From contig DATAGU010000153.1 in assembly GCA_036263495.1 (NCBI GenBank), forward strand, positions 4,611 to 68,610: DNA of 64,000 nucleotides, written 5' to 3'. The first letter of the stretch is position 1; every line of letters starts with the position of its first letter. The DNA is from Polyangia bacterium (lineage in GTDB: Bacteria; Myxococcota_A; Polyangia; Palsa-1104; SHYY01). The notes beneath the pieces are model-generated. The model was not told the DNA's origin. It searched no databases and worked only from the letters and a program-made list of their open reading frames with translations. The translations under genes and the position numbers were made by a program. This document shows positions 42,332-50,846 of the stretch, piece after piece.

Positions 42332-42873
42332 AGACGTATTGGCTCGGTCTTGCAGCCGTGATGATGATCGGGTGCGGGTTCGGTTCCACGGGATCGATAG
42401 GGCCGGACTTTGGTTTCGAGCCGGATCCCGTGCCGGGAGGAGGGGGCAGTGGCAGTGGCAGCGGTGGCTACTACGGCGATGGCGGCTTCGGCGGTCGGCT
42501 GGACCAGGGTTTCGGCTCGCCGGACGCCGGGGTGCAGGCGAACAGCTGCCCCGAGACGGAGCGGCGCTGTGCCTGGGAGTTCGTCTATTCCGGCGTCGGG
42601 AACGAGAGCACGGTGGAGGTGCTCGGCGACTATCGGCCCAATGGCTTCGTGGTCGGGGACCCGCTGGTCTTCACCGGGCAGAGCTGGCGCACGGCCGTGA
42701 CCATCCCGTGGAATACCCAGGTCCTCTATAAGTTCCACATCGTCTATCAGGACCAGACCCAGCAGACCATCCCGGACCCGCTCAATCCGAGGAAGGTGGA
42801 TGACGGCTCGGGTGGGTTCAATTCGGTCATTCCCGGCATCACCTGCGCGCAGTGGATTTGCCCTGGGGGATAG
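42319..42873 (+). CDS. Lipoprotein with a glycogen/starch-binding (AMPK-beta/CBM48-like) E-set domain
   Basis: GGAGGA sits 9 nt before ATG 42319 (which overlaps the previous stop). MIGCG lipobox, Gly/Ser linker, then WEFVYSG...VEVLGDY...W..V.IPWNTQVLYKFHIV. Confidence 0.5.
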   Translation: MPRMKTYWLGLAAVMMIGCGFGSTGSIGPDFGFEPDPVPGGGGSGSGSGGYYGDGGFGGRLDQGFGSPDAGVQANSCPETERRCAWEFVYSGVGNESTVEVLGDYRPNGFVVGDPLVFTGQSWRTAVTIPWNTQVLYKFHIVYQDQTQQTIPDPLNPRKVDDGSGGFNSVIPGITCAQWICPGG

Positions 42874-42957
42874 CCACGAGGTCCTATGTGACAGGTAGGC
42901 AAATCTAAGAGCGGGTACGCTTTCCTAGTTGCAATCCAGGCAGAAAAATGATTTGAA

Positions 42958-42978
42958 CAGCGACGTTCCCTGCGTCGC
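42958..42978 (+). terminator. Possible hairpin after the CBM48-like gene
   Basis: AGCGACG ttccctg CGTCGCT is a 7-bp stem with a 7-nt loop. Confidence 0.25.
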
Positions 42979-43095
42979 TTGATCGGTGCTGCGGCCGCGG
43001 GCCGTGGGTAGTCCTTCATGAAGGTTTTCCGGCGGTGCGGCCCTATCGCGCGGCCGGCTCCGTCCAAGCTGGAACCTAGGACATCAGGAGGTCGT

Positions 43096-45624
43096 ATGAA
43101 TCGGTATGTTCGTTATCTGATGGTAGCGTCCCTGGTCGGTGTGCTGCCGCTCGGCTGTAAGGCGGGAAATGGCGGAGGCCAGGACGGAGGAGCGGACCTT
43201 GGGGGGGGCAACCCAGACCAGGCCAGCAGCGCGACGTTCGTGCGCCTCCATTACAGCCTGGGGAACAACCCGGGCCAACTGAGCGACTGGGGCGTCTACT
43301 GGTTTGGCGCCGGCTCCACCTCGCCCGACTTCAACAACTCGCCCAAGTTCAGCCAGGTCGATAACTTCGGTGTCTACCGCGACATCGAAGTCACCGACAC
43401 CAACGCCTTCCTGGGCCTCATCCCGATCATCTGCAACAACGGCAGCTGCAGCCGCAGGGACGTCCAGACCGAGGTGCGCTACGCCGACCTGCCGGCGGTC
43501 CAGGGGTCGGCCAACATCCATGAGGCGTGGATCGTTCAGGGCCGCGCCGTGTCGATCACCCGGCCCGACCTCACCCTGCCGCAGTATCGGATCTTCCGGC
43601 CGAGCGAGTTCATCGATCTCGGCAACGGCTCGGTCCGCCTGACGTTCCGCGTGGCCCCGGGCTCGACGGGCACGGTGTCGTACGGCACCTCGCAGACCAC
43701 GCTCAATCAGACGGCCACCTGGACCGCGGCGAACGACATCAACAAGAACGGCCTGGTCATCAGCGGCCTCACGCCGGGCACGACGTACTACTACCGGATC
43801 AACACGTCGCTGGTCTCAGGGACCCAGACCTACACGGATCAGAGCCCGGTGCAGAGCCTGACGCCCATCTCCTTCTCGACCGTGAGCGACGCGGCCGATT
43901 GGGCCGGGTGGGGCAACAGCTCGCTCATGTACCAGATCTTCGTGCGCACCTTCGCCGACGGCGGGAGCACGAAGGCGGTGACCGACAGCCGCACGCAGAG
44001 CGGTATCGACCCGGCCACGCGGGACGGCGTCGGTGACCTGGTCGGGCTGCGGAACACCCTGCCGTATCTCAAGGATCTCGGCGTGGACGCGATCTGGATG
44101 ACGCCGGTGTTCAAGGCCCGGAGCTACCACGGCTACGATACGACCGACTTCTACGACATCGATCCGTCGGTCGGCACGATCCGGGACTTCGTCGACCTCA
44201 CCGAGGCGGCCCACGGGCTCGGCATCCGCATCATCGTCGACTTCGTCATCAACCACGTGGCCGACGTGAACCCCTGGTTCACCGCCGCCCTGAACCCGAG
44301 CGATCCCGAGTACGCCACCTATCGCGACTGGTTCGTCTACTCGGACGACTACGAGAACATCCTGACCGACCCGCACCCCTTCGACTCGTCGGCGGTCATC
44401 TGGGCGTGCCGCAACTACCGCTGCTACCACCAGATCTTCGGCTCGTCGATCCCGGAGCTCAACTTCCATAACCCGGTCGTGCGCGCCAAGATGAAGGACA
44501 TCGCCAAGACCTGGCTCGAGCGCGGCGCCGACGGCTTCCGTCTCGACGCCTCGAAGCACATCGACCAGTTCGACGAGAACAACGGCATCGCGTACGCGCA
44601 GCACGGCACGCACGTCTGGTGGAAGGAGTTCAACTACTACGTGAAGAAGCAGGTGACGACGCGTCCGGCGAGCGCCGCCAACCTGGGACAGGTGATCCTG
44701 GCGGGTGAGAACCGGTACGACGCCTTGAATCAGTATCAGTTCATGATTCCTTATGCCGGCGACATGGACTCGCAGTTCGACTTCCCGTTCCGTACCGCCC
44801 TCAGCAACCTCCTGAACGGTCAGACCGGGACCGGCTCGGACTTCATCGCCTACATCAACCAGGTCCAGATCGACTCGGGTCTGCCGACGAACAATGGCAA
44901 CACGAACCACTTCTATCAGCGGTTCCTGTCGAACCATGACCTCGATCGGCCGGCCAGCCAGTTCGCCTCGCTCGGCGGGGCGCAGCTCACCGGTCTCCTG
45001 AGGCTGGCCGCGAGCGCCGTGTTCACGGTGCCCGGCATGCCGGTCATCTACTACGGTGAGGAGTTCGGCAAGCAGGGCCAGCGCGACATGTTCAACGGCA
45101 TCGGCGGCTATCCGCGCGATGAGTTCATCCGCGAGCCGATGAGCTGGTTCCAGAATCTGACCTTCACCGGCAACCAGCAGACTTCGTACGACATCGACTT
45201 CAACGCGACGAACACCGCCAACGCCACGCTGCGGCAGGGAGACCCGCTGAATGGGGCGGGTGTCACCTCGGCGCCGAACCCCGACTACCGCTTCATCAAG
45301 TTCATGCAGGCGAACGACCCGAACTCCTGGGCGGCGCAGCGGAATGACCCGAACAGCCTGTACAGCTACTACAAGAAGCTGGTCCAGGTGCGGAAGGCGA
45401 CCCCGCTCCTCACCGACCCGACCGCCACCAGGGCGACGGTGACCAACTCCACCTCCCTGTACGAGTTCCGGGTGACCAAGGCCACGCAGTCGCTGTCGGT
45501 GGTGATGAACCGCACCAGCAACCCGCAGACCGTGACCCGGCCGACCACGTCCACGGACCTGCTCACGAACACGACGAACACTTCGTTCACCGTGCCGCCC
45601 TACGGCACGCTGATCCTGCAGTAG
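43096..45624 (+). CDS. Large alpha-amylase family (GH13) lipoprotein with N-terminal carbohydrate-binding / Fn3-like domains
   Basis: AGGAGG precedes ATG 43096. LPLGC lipobox; FVINHVAD, GFRLDASKHI, LAGE and LSNHD motifs. Confidence 0.85.
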   Translation: MNRYVRYLMVASLVGVLPLGCKAGNGGGQDGGADLGGGNPDQASSATFVRLHYSLGNNPGQLSDWGVYWFGAGSTSPDFNNSPKFSQVDNFGVYRDIEVTDTNAFLGLIPIICNNGSCSRRDVQTEVRYADLPAVQGSANIHEAWIVQGRAVSITRPDLTLPQYRIFRPSEFIDLGNGSVRLTFRVAPGSTGTVSYGTSQTTLNQTATWTAANDINKNGLVISGLTPGTTYYYRINTSLVSGTQTYTDQSPVQSLTPISFSTVSDAADWAGWGNSSLMYQIFVRTFADGGSTKAVTDSRTQSGIDPATRDGVGDLVGLRNTLPYLKDLGVDAIWMTPVFKARSYHGYDTTDFYDIDPSVGTIRDFVDLTEAAHGLGIRIIVDFVINHVADVNPWFTAALNPSDPEYATYRDWFVYSDDYENILTDPHPFDSSAVIWACRNYRCYHQIFGSSIPELNFHNPVVRAKMKDIAKTWLERGADGFRLDASKHIDQFDENNGIAYAQHGTHVWWKEFNYYVKKQVTTRPASAANLGQVILAGENRYDALNQYQFMIPYAGDMDSQFDFPFRTALSNLLNGQTGTGSDFIAYINQVQIDSGLPTNNGNTNHFYQRFLSNHDLDRPASQFASLGGAQLTGLLRLAASAVFTVPGMPVIYYGEEFGKQGQRDMFNGIGGYPRDEFIREPMSWFQNLTFTGNQQTSYDIDFNATNTANATLRQGDPLNGAGVTSAPNPDYRFIKFMQANDPNSWAAQRNDPNSLYSYYKKLVQVRKATPLLTDPTATRATVTNSTSLYEFRVTKATQSLSVVMNRTSNPQTVTRPTTSTDLLTNTTNTSFTVPPYGTLILQ

Positions 45625-45631
45625 CCTCGTC

Positions 45632-45653
45632 GCGGGGGAGTCTCTTCACCCCG
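45632..45653 (+). terminator. Possible hairpin after the amylase gene
   Basis: GCGGGG-gagtctcttca-CCCCGC; no U-tract follows. Confidence 0.25.
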
Positions 45654-45839
45654 CCCGCCTGACGTTCCCCACGACCCAATGACCGGATACACCGCCGGCG
45701 GTTTCGGCCGCCGGCGGTGACTCTTTCGCAGGACGGTGCCGCGCGTCGGCGCTCAGGCTCTCATCTTCACAGGCCATGACGTCCGCTTGACAGATGAAGG
45801 GCGGTGCCGTCCGATCACCAGAACCACGTTCTCTGGAGA

Positions 45840-46475
45840 ATGACCATGTCGATGCCCCACGTATCCTCTCGCCCGTCGCGGTTGCGCCATGCCTGGGTGA
45901 TGGCCCTGATGGCGCTCGCCGCCTTGCCCGGTACGGCCTGCCACCGCTATGTCGTCGTCAACACGGCGGATCCCCTGTACGGGGCGCGCAACTTCATCAT
46001 CGAGCCGCTCGCCTTCAACAATCTCTCGGTCGGACGCCTGCCGGAGGAGGTGTACCTGTCCCGCAAGGATGCGCAGCAGCAACAGAGCTGGCAGATCGAC
46101 AAGGGCGAGACGGCGCAGACCTACTTCGCGCAGGTCACGCAGGCCGCCGGTGCCTTCGGCCTCCAGATCCAGCCGCCCCCTCCGCCAGGGCCGGGCTATT
46201 TCATCGTGCGGCCGTCGGTGTCGCAGTTCGAGCCGGGGAACTTCAACTACTTCGTCAACATCCCGACCCAGATGAGCATCGTGCTCGAGATCTTCACGCC
46301 CGATGGGCGACGGGTGGGTCTGGAGGCGATGTCGACGCGCGTGCCGGCCACGCTGGCCAACCCGTCGAGCGGCGGCCGGATGCGCCAGGCGGGGGGGCAG
46401 CTGGGCTATGAGACGGCGGTCTACCTCGCTCGCCGCGCGGGTGTGCGCCGTCCCAACGGGGCGCTGGTGCGGTAA
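45840..46475 (+). CDS. Hypothetical lipoprotein
   Basis: GGAGA precedes ATG 45840. MTMSMPHVSSRPSRLRHAWVMALMALAALPGTAC lipobox. Confidence 0.5.
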   Translation: MTMSMPHVSSRPSRLRHAWVMALMALAALPGTACHRYVVVNTADPLYGARNFIIEPLAFNNLSVGRLPEEVYLSRKDAQQQQSWQIDKGETAQTYFAQVTQAAGAFGLQIQPPPPPGPGYFIVRPSVSQFEPGNFNYFVNIPTQMSIVLEIFTPDGRRVGLEAMSTRVPATLANPSSGGRMRQAGGQLGYETAVYLARRAGVRRPNGALVR

Positions 46476-46482
46476 GGGGGTG

Positions 46483-47190
46483 TCAGGCGCCCCGCCGCCG
46501 GAAACGGAGGAAGGCGGCCCGGCTGGGGAAGACGGTGGTGAGCAGCATGGCGACGAGGAGGCCGCCCACGAATCCTCCGAGGTGTGCTTCGTGGGCGACC
46601 CCGGTGGGGGCGCCGCCGCTCCCGGCCAGGAAGAAGAGGTCCGTGCCGGCCGCGAGGACGGCGGCGGCCGCCGCTTGCAGCGGGGAGATGGGGTAGGCGA
46701 GGGGCCAGGCGTAGGCGTCCGGGACGTCCCAGCGGAAGGCGAGGAGGCAGTAGGCGCCGGCCACGCCGCTGATGGCCCCGGAGGCGCCGATCATCGGGAG
46801 CCCTTCGGGATTTTGCAGGGCATAGGCGAGGGACGCCGTCGCCGCGGTGATGACGAAGGTGATGAGGAGCCAGCCGTCGCCGGCCGCGCGCGCGAGCAGG
46901 CTGCCGAAGAACCAGAAGAAGATGACGTTGTGCAAGAGGTGCTTGGCGTCGGCGTGCGCGAAGACCGGGGTCCACAGGTGGGCGAGCCCGAGCCAGCCGG
47001 AGACGTCCGAGGGCGCGTGGCGCAGGACCTTCCAGGAGGCGAAGAACTCGTCGGGCTGGAGGGCGAGCGCCTGGCTCCAGCCGAGGTTCCCGAGTGTCTC
47101 CACGGCGAAGGCGAGGACGAACGACGCCGTGAGGAGGACGACAGACCACGTCTCCCATGATCGTGACGGGCGAGACCGGCGGCGGGTCAT
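46483..47190 (-). CDS. Rhomboid family intramembrane serine protease
   Basis: GASGAISGV (GxSG) and HLGGF (catalytic His) motifs within 6 TM helices. Confidence 0.8.
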   Translation of the reverse strand: MTRRRSRPSRSWETWSVVLLTASFVLAFAVETLGNLGWSQALALQPDEFFASWKVLRHAPSDVSGWLGLAHLWTPVFAHADAKHLLHNVIFFWFFGSLLARAAGDGWLLITFVITAATASLAYALQNPEGLPMIGASGAISGVAGAYCLLAFRWDVPDAYAWPLAYPISPLQAAAAAVLAAGTDLFFLAGSGGAPTGVAHEAHLGGFVGGLLVAMLLTTVFPSRAAFLRFRRRGA

Positions 47191-47264
47191 GTAGACAAAT
47201 CTAGTGCAGGAACCGAGAAGTCCTGCCGGGAATCCGTCGACGTGTGTGCCTGCGCATCAGCGTG

Positions 47265-47603
47265 AGAGACGTGGCCACGGGGCCATTCGACATCGCCATG
47301 AGGCCATTCGACGTGGCCACGGGGCCATTCGACGTCGCCATGAGGCCATTCGACGTGGCCACGGGGCCATTCGACGTCGCCAAGAGGCCATTCGACATCG
47401 CCAAGGAGCCATTCGACATCGCCACAGAGCCATTCGACATCGCCACGGGGCCATTCGACGTCGCCATGAGGCCATTCGACGTGGCCACGGGGCCATTCGA
47501 CATCGCCAAGAGGCCATTCGACATCGCCAAGGAGCCATTCGACGTCGCCACAGGGCCATTCGACATCGCCAAGAGGCCATTCGACGTCGCTACCAGGCCG
47601 GAC
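47265..47603. repeat. 21-bp tandem repeat array (~16 units, consensus GCCATTCGACRTSGCCAYGRG), related to the 29.2-kb array
   Basis: Perfect 21-nt periodicity, GACGTC/TCGAC cores, 13/21 positional identity with the array A unit. It is intergenic between NUDIX (stop 47632) and rhomboid (start 47190). All frames are open, giving artefact ORFs PFDVATG and DVEWPLG. Confidence 0.9.
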
Positions 47604-47631
47604 CTCGCGGCGACGGCCGGACAGGGCCGGG

Positions 47632-48120
47632 TCAATGGGGGGTGTGGCCGCCGGGCGGAAGGGCGGGCAGGGGATCGCCTTCGCTGGCGAGGAGTGTGAG
47701 CGGATAGATGGGGGCGCCGGCGGCGACATGGCGGAAGAACGCCTCGACCTCGGGGCTGCGTAGACGCAAGGTCGCGAGCTCCTCCAGGGTCACCCAGGCG
47801 GCGCCGAGGGATTCGGCATCGGGGGTCTGTTTGGGAGGGGTGTCATCGGCGGGGCGGGCGAGGAACACGGCGCGTACGCGAGCACTGTGGGGCCGAGGGC
47901 TATGCTCGATGCGGACGAGGCCCTCGATCACGATGGGGATGCCGGCCTCCTCGAGGGTCTCGCGCCGCGCCGCGGTGAGCAGGTCCTCGCCTGGTTCGAC
48001 CCGTCCGGCGGGCAGATACCAGGGCTGTCCGCGCTCGCGCTCCTGCACCACGAGGAACCGGTCGCCGCGCCGGACCACCACGAGGACGACGAACCAGGTG
48101 GGTATGGGTTCGCGTGCCAT
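47632..48120 (-). CDS. NUDIX hydrolase
   Basis: GRVEPGEDLLTAARRETLEEAGI is the Nudix box (GX5EX7REUXEEXGU). Confidence 0.75.
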   Translation of the reverse strand: MAREPIPTWFVVLVVVRRGDRFLVVQERERGQPWYLPAGRVEPGEDLLTAARRETLEEAGIPIVIEGLVRIEHSPRPHSARVRAVFLARPADDTPPKQTPDAESLGAAWVTLEELATLRLRSPEVEAFFRHVAAGAPIYPLTLLASEGDPLPALPPGGHTPH

Positions 48121-48176
48121 GTCGGGCACCAGTTTACTACGCCGGTCCTCGGTGGAGTGTGAGGTGTGGGGCGGGA

Positions 48177-48527
48177 TCAGCGAGTGCGCCAGGCGGCGAT
48201 GAGGGCGAGCAGGCCGCCGAGCACCATGAGGAGGAAGCTGGCGGCGCCGGCGTAGAACCAGGGCATGACGGCGCGCCGCTCGGATTCGTGGAGGCGCTCG
48301 TGCAGGGGGACCGGCGAGAGCCACCACCGTGGCGGCAGGGCGCGGCGGGCGAGGAGGCGGCGGCGAAGCTGGACGTGATAGAGGATGCTCGCCGGGATGC
48401 CCGCGCTCGCACCGAGGGCCAGCAGCGCGAGGCCGGTGAAGAACTGCAGGTCCCAGGGCAGCCCGAACACGAACGCGGTCGTGCCCAGGCCGAGCAGGAT
48501 GGCCAGCACGATGGCGAGCTCGCCCAT
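48177..48527 (-). CDS. Small membrane protein (about 3 TM helices)
   Basis: MGELAIVLAILLGLGTTAFVFGLPW...; divergent from the HD-GYP gene. The start is uncertain (alternative Met at 48608). Confidence 0.35.
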   Translation of the reverse strand: MGELAIVLAILLGLGTTAFVFGLPWDLQFFTGLALLALGASAGIPASILYHVQLRRRLLARRALPPRWWLSPVPLHERLHESERRAVMPWFYAGAASFLLMVLGGLLALIAAWRTR

Positions 48528-48606
48528 GGGGCGAGAGGTAGCGCGGTGCAGGGGAAGGAGCAAGCCTGGCCTCATCAGGCGATGAGACGAGGATATAATC
48601 GCGTCC

Positions 48607-50235
48607 ATGTCGCTCTTCCTTCGTGTCCCCCAGCCGAGCGGCCCGAGCCGGGTCTTCGAAGTCGCCCCCGGCGCCACTTCGATGGTCGGCCGGGGTCCCC
48701 AGTGCCAGATCCAGCTCGCCGACGAGAGCCTGTCCCGCACCCACTGCCTGTTCGGCTGGGAGGGCGACGAGCCCTACGTCGAGGACCTCGGCTCGACCAA
48801 TGGCACGGTGGTCAACGGGCTGGCGGTCAAGCGCCAGCGCCTGACGAGCGGCGACGTGGTGCGGCTCGGTCCGACGGTGTGCATCACGGTGTCGCGCAGC
48901 GATGTGCCGCAGGCGGCCGGCGGCCGGCCGCAGGGCCTGGTGGCGGCGCCGGTGCGTCCCGCCGAGCCCATCGACACCTCCGCCGTGCGGCTCAAGCGCC
49001 GGGTCGACATGAGCAAGACGGCCATGTTCACCGCGGTCGTCCCCGCGGCGCCGCCGGAGCTCACGCGCCTGCAGCGCGATCTCGCGACCATCTACCGCGT
49101 GGTCGACCTCTTCACCACCGAGCACGATCTGAGCCGCCTCTTCCGCGTGGCCATCGACACCATCATGGAGGTCACGGGCGCGGACCGCGGCGCCATCGTG
49201 ATGCGCGAGGACGAGGACGGGCCGCTCGCCACCGTGGCCTCGTGCAACCGCTTGTTCGACGGCCCCGGCGCCACGGTGACGGTGTCGCGCGCCATCCTCG
49301 AGGAGGGGCTCAAGGGGCTCTCGCTCATCACCGACAGCGCCTTCCGCGACGAGCGCTTCCGCGCGCGCGCCTCGGTGATGCTGCAGAACATCCACGCCGC
49401 GATGTGCGTGCCCCTCGAGAGCCACGACAAGGTCCTCGGCGTGATCTACGTGGACAGCCTGGCCAGCGACCGGCGCTTCCTCGAGACGGACCTCGAGCTG
49501 CTCACGGCCATCGGCCGTCAGGCCGGCATCGCCATCCAGCGCGCCGTCTACCTGCGGCAGACGCGCGACCTCTTCTACAGCACGATCAAGACCCTGGCCA
49601 TGGCCATCGAGGCCAAGGATCGCTATACCCGTGGCCACTCGGAGCGCGTCACCCAGCTGAGCGTGGCCATCGCCGAGGCCATGGAGCTCGACGCCGAGGT
49701 GGTGGACACGGTGCGGCTCGCGGCGCTGCTCCACGACGTGGGCAAGATCGGGGTGGCCGAGGCGGTGCTGAACAAGCCGGGCGGGCTCACCGACGAGGAG
49801 TACGCCGCCATCCAGGCCCACCCCACGATCGGGGCCCAGATCGTCCAGCACGTGCCCAAGATCGGCCGCGTGCTCGAGGGCGTCAAACACCACCACGAGA
49901 AGTGGAACGGCAAGGGCTATCCGGATCGCCTGAGCGGCGAGGACATCCCGCTGACCGCCCGGATCATCGCCGTGGCCGACGCCTATGACGCGATGTCGTC
50001 CCACCGCGTGTACCGCAAGGGGCTCAACGAGGAGGTGGTGTTCGAGGAGATCCGACGCAACGCCGGGATCCAGTTCGATCCCACGTGCGTCGACGCCTTC
50101 TTCCGCGCGGTGGAGAGCGGGCGCATCGCGCGGCCCCTGCAGCTCCTCGCCGAGCAGGCCTCCTTCAAGGATCTGCTCAAGCCGCCCGAGAACTCCGATG
50201 TCCAGGGGGTCAAGCCGCCCCGGGACATGGGGTAG
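48607..50235 (+). CDS. FHA-GAF-HD-GYP domain protein (probable c-di-GMP phosphodiesterase/signalling protein)
   Basis: FHA domain (GRGPQCQIQLADESLSRTHC...GSTNGTVVNG), a central GAF domain, and HD-GYP (HDVGK...HHEKWNGKGYP). Confidence 0.85.
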   Translation: MSLFLRVPQPSGPSRVFEVAPGATSMVGRGPQCQIQLADESLSRTHCLFGWEGDEPYVEDLGSTNGTVVNGLAVKRQRLTSGDVVRLGPTVCITVSRSDVPQAAGGRPQGLVAAPVRPAEPIDTSAVRLKRRVDMSKTAMFTAVVPAAPPELTRLQRDLATIYRVVDLFTTEHDLSRLFRVAIDTIMEVTGADRGAIVMREDEDGPLATVASCNRLFDGPGATVTVSRAILEEGLKGLSLITDSAFRDERFRARASVMLQNIHAAMCVPLESHDKVLGVIYVDSLASDRRFLETDLELLTAIGRQAGIAIQRAVYLRQTRDLFYSTIKTLAMAIEAKDRYTRGHSERVTQLSVAIAEAMELDAEVVDTVRLAALLHDVGKIGVAEAVLNKPGGLTDEEYAAIQAHPTIGAQIVQHVPKIGRVLEGVKHHHEKWNGKGYPDRLSGEDIPLTARIIAVADAYDAMSSHRVYRKGLNEEVVFEEIRRNAGIQFDPTCVDAFFRAVESGRIARPLQLLAEQASFKDLLKPPENSDVQGVKPPRDMG

Positions 50236-50252
50236 AGGGGCCCCGAGGTCCT

Positions 50253-50840
50253 GTGCCGAAGAGCGGCGCGAGCGAGCGCGAGCAGGTCATCGACATCCTG
50301 GCGTCGTCCTTCGAGACGAACCCGAGCACGCTCTGGGTCGTGGGTCCGGGGCCGGAGCGGGCGCGCCGGATCCGGCACCTGATGGACTACGCCTACCGCT
50401 GCGGCGAGGCGCAGGGGCGGATCTGGTGCGCCCCGCCTGAAGAAGGGCTCGCCGCTGCCATCGTCACGCTCCCGCGTCGACCCGCGGCGCTCCTGGGGGC
50501 GCTCTCGCGGAACCTCTTCTTCATCGGGAAGGTGACGGGCCTCGGGCGACTCGGGGCCGTGCTGCGGCGCGAGCGCTACATCCGGAGGCAACACCCGGCG
50601 ACCGATTTCGCGTACCTCTGGTTCATCGGCGTGCGGCCCGAGCATCAGTCGCGCGGGCACGGGCGGCGCCTGCTCCACAGCGTGCTCGCCTGGGCCAGGG
50701 AGCGCTCGCTGCCGCTCTATCTCGAGACGTCGGTGGCCCGGAACCTCGCCTTCTATCGCGCGGCCGGGCTCGAGATCTATCACCAGTGGGACAGCGAGCT
50801 GTGCGGCTTCCCGTTGTGGTTCCTGCGGAGCCCTGCCTAG
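50253..50840 (+). CDS. GNAT family acetyltransferase
   Basis: GTG start at 50253. RGHGRRLLHSVLAWARERSLPLYLET motif. Confidence 0.65.
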   Translation: MPKSGASEREQVIDILASSFETNPSTLWVVGPGPERARRIRHLMDYAYRCGEAQGRIWCAPPEEGLAAAIVTLPRRPAALLGALSRNLFFIGKVTGLGRLGAVLRRERYIRRQHPATDFAYLWFIGVRPEHQSRGHGRRLLHSVLAWARERSLPLYLETSVARNLAFYRAAGLEIYHQWDSELCGFPLWFLRSPA

Positions 50841-50846
50841 CGGGCA

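Noticed and set aside
47187-47729. ORFs through the 47.3-kb array (47187..47729, 47201..47635, 47204..47707, 47244..47699, 47257..47580)
   Set aside because: Same six-frame-open artefact of a 21-nt period. They would overlap the rhomboid start and the NUDIX 3' end. Weak residual possibility is noted in the findings.
48114-49988. 624-aa + ORF
   Set aside because: Alternative frame of the HD-GYP gene; Arg/Gly/Pro-rich.
47632-50004. 790-aa minus ORF
   Set aside because: Only the 3' 162 codons (NUDIX hydrolase, start 48120) are plausible. The rest is antisense to the FHA-GAF-HD-GYP gene.
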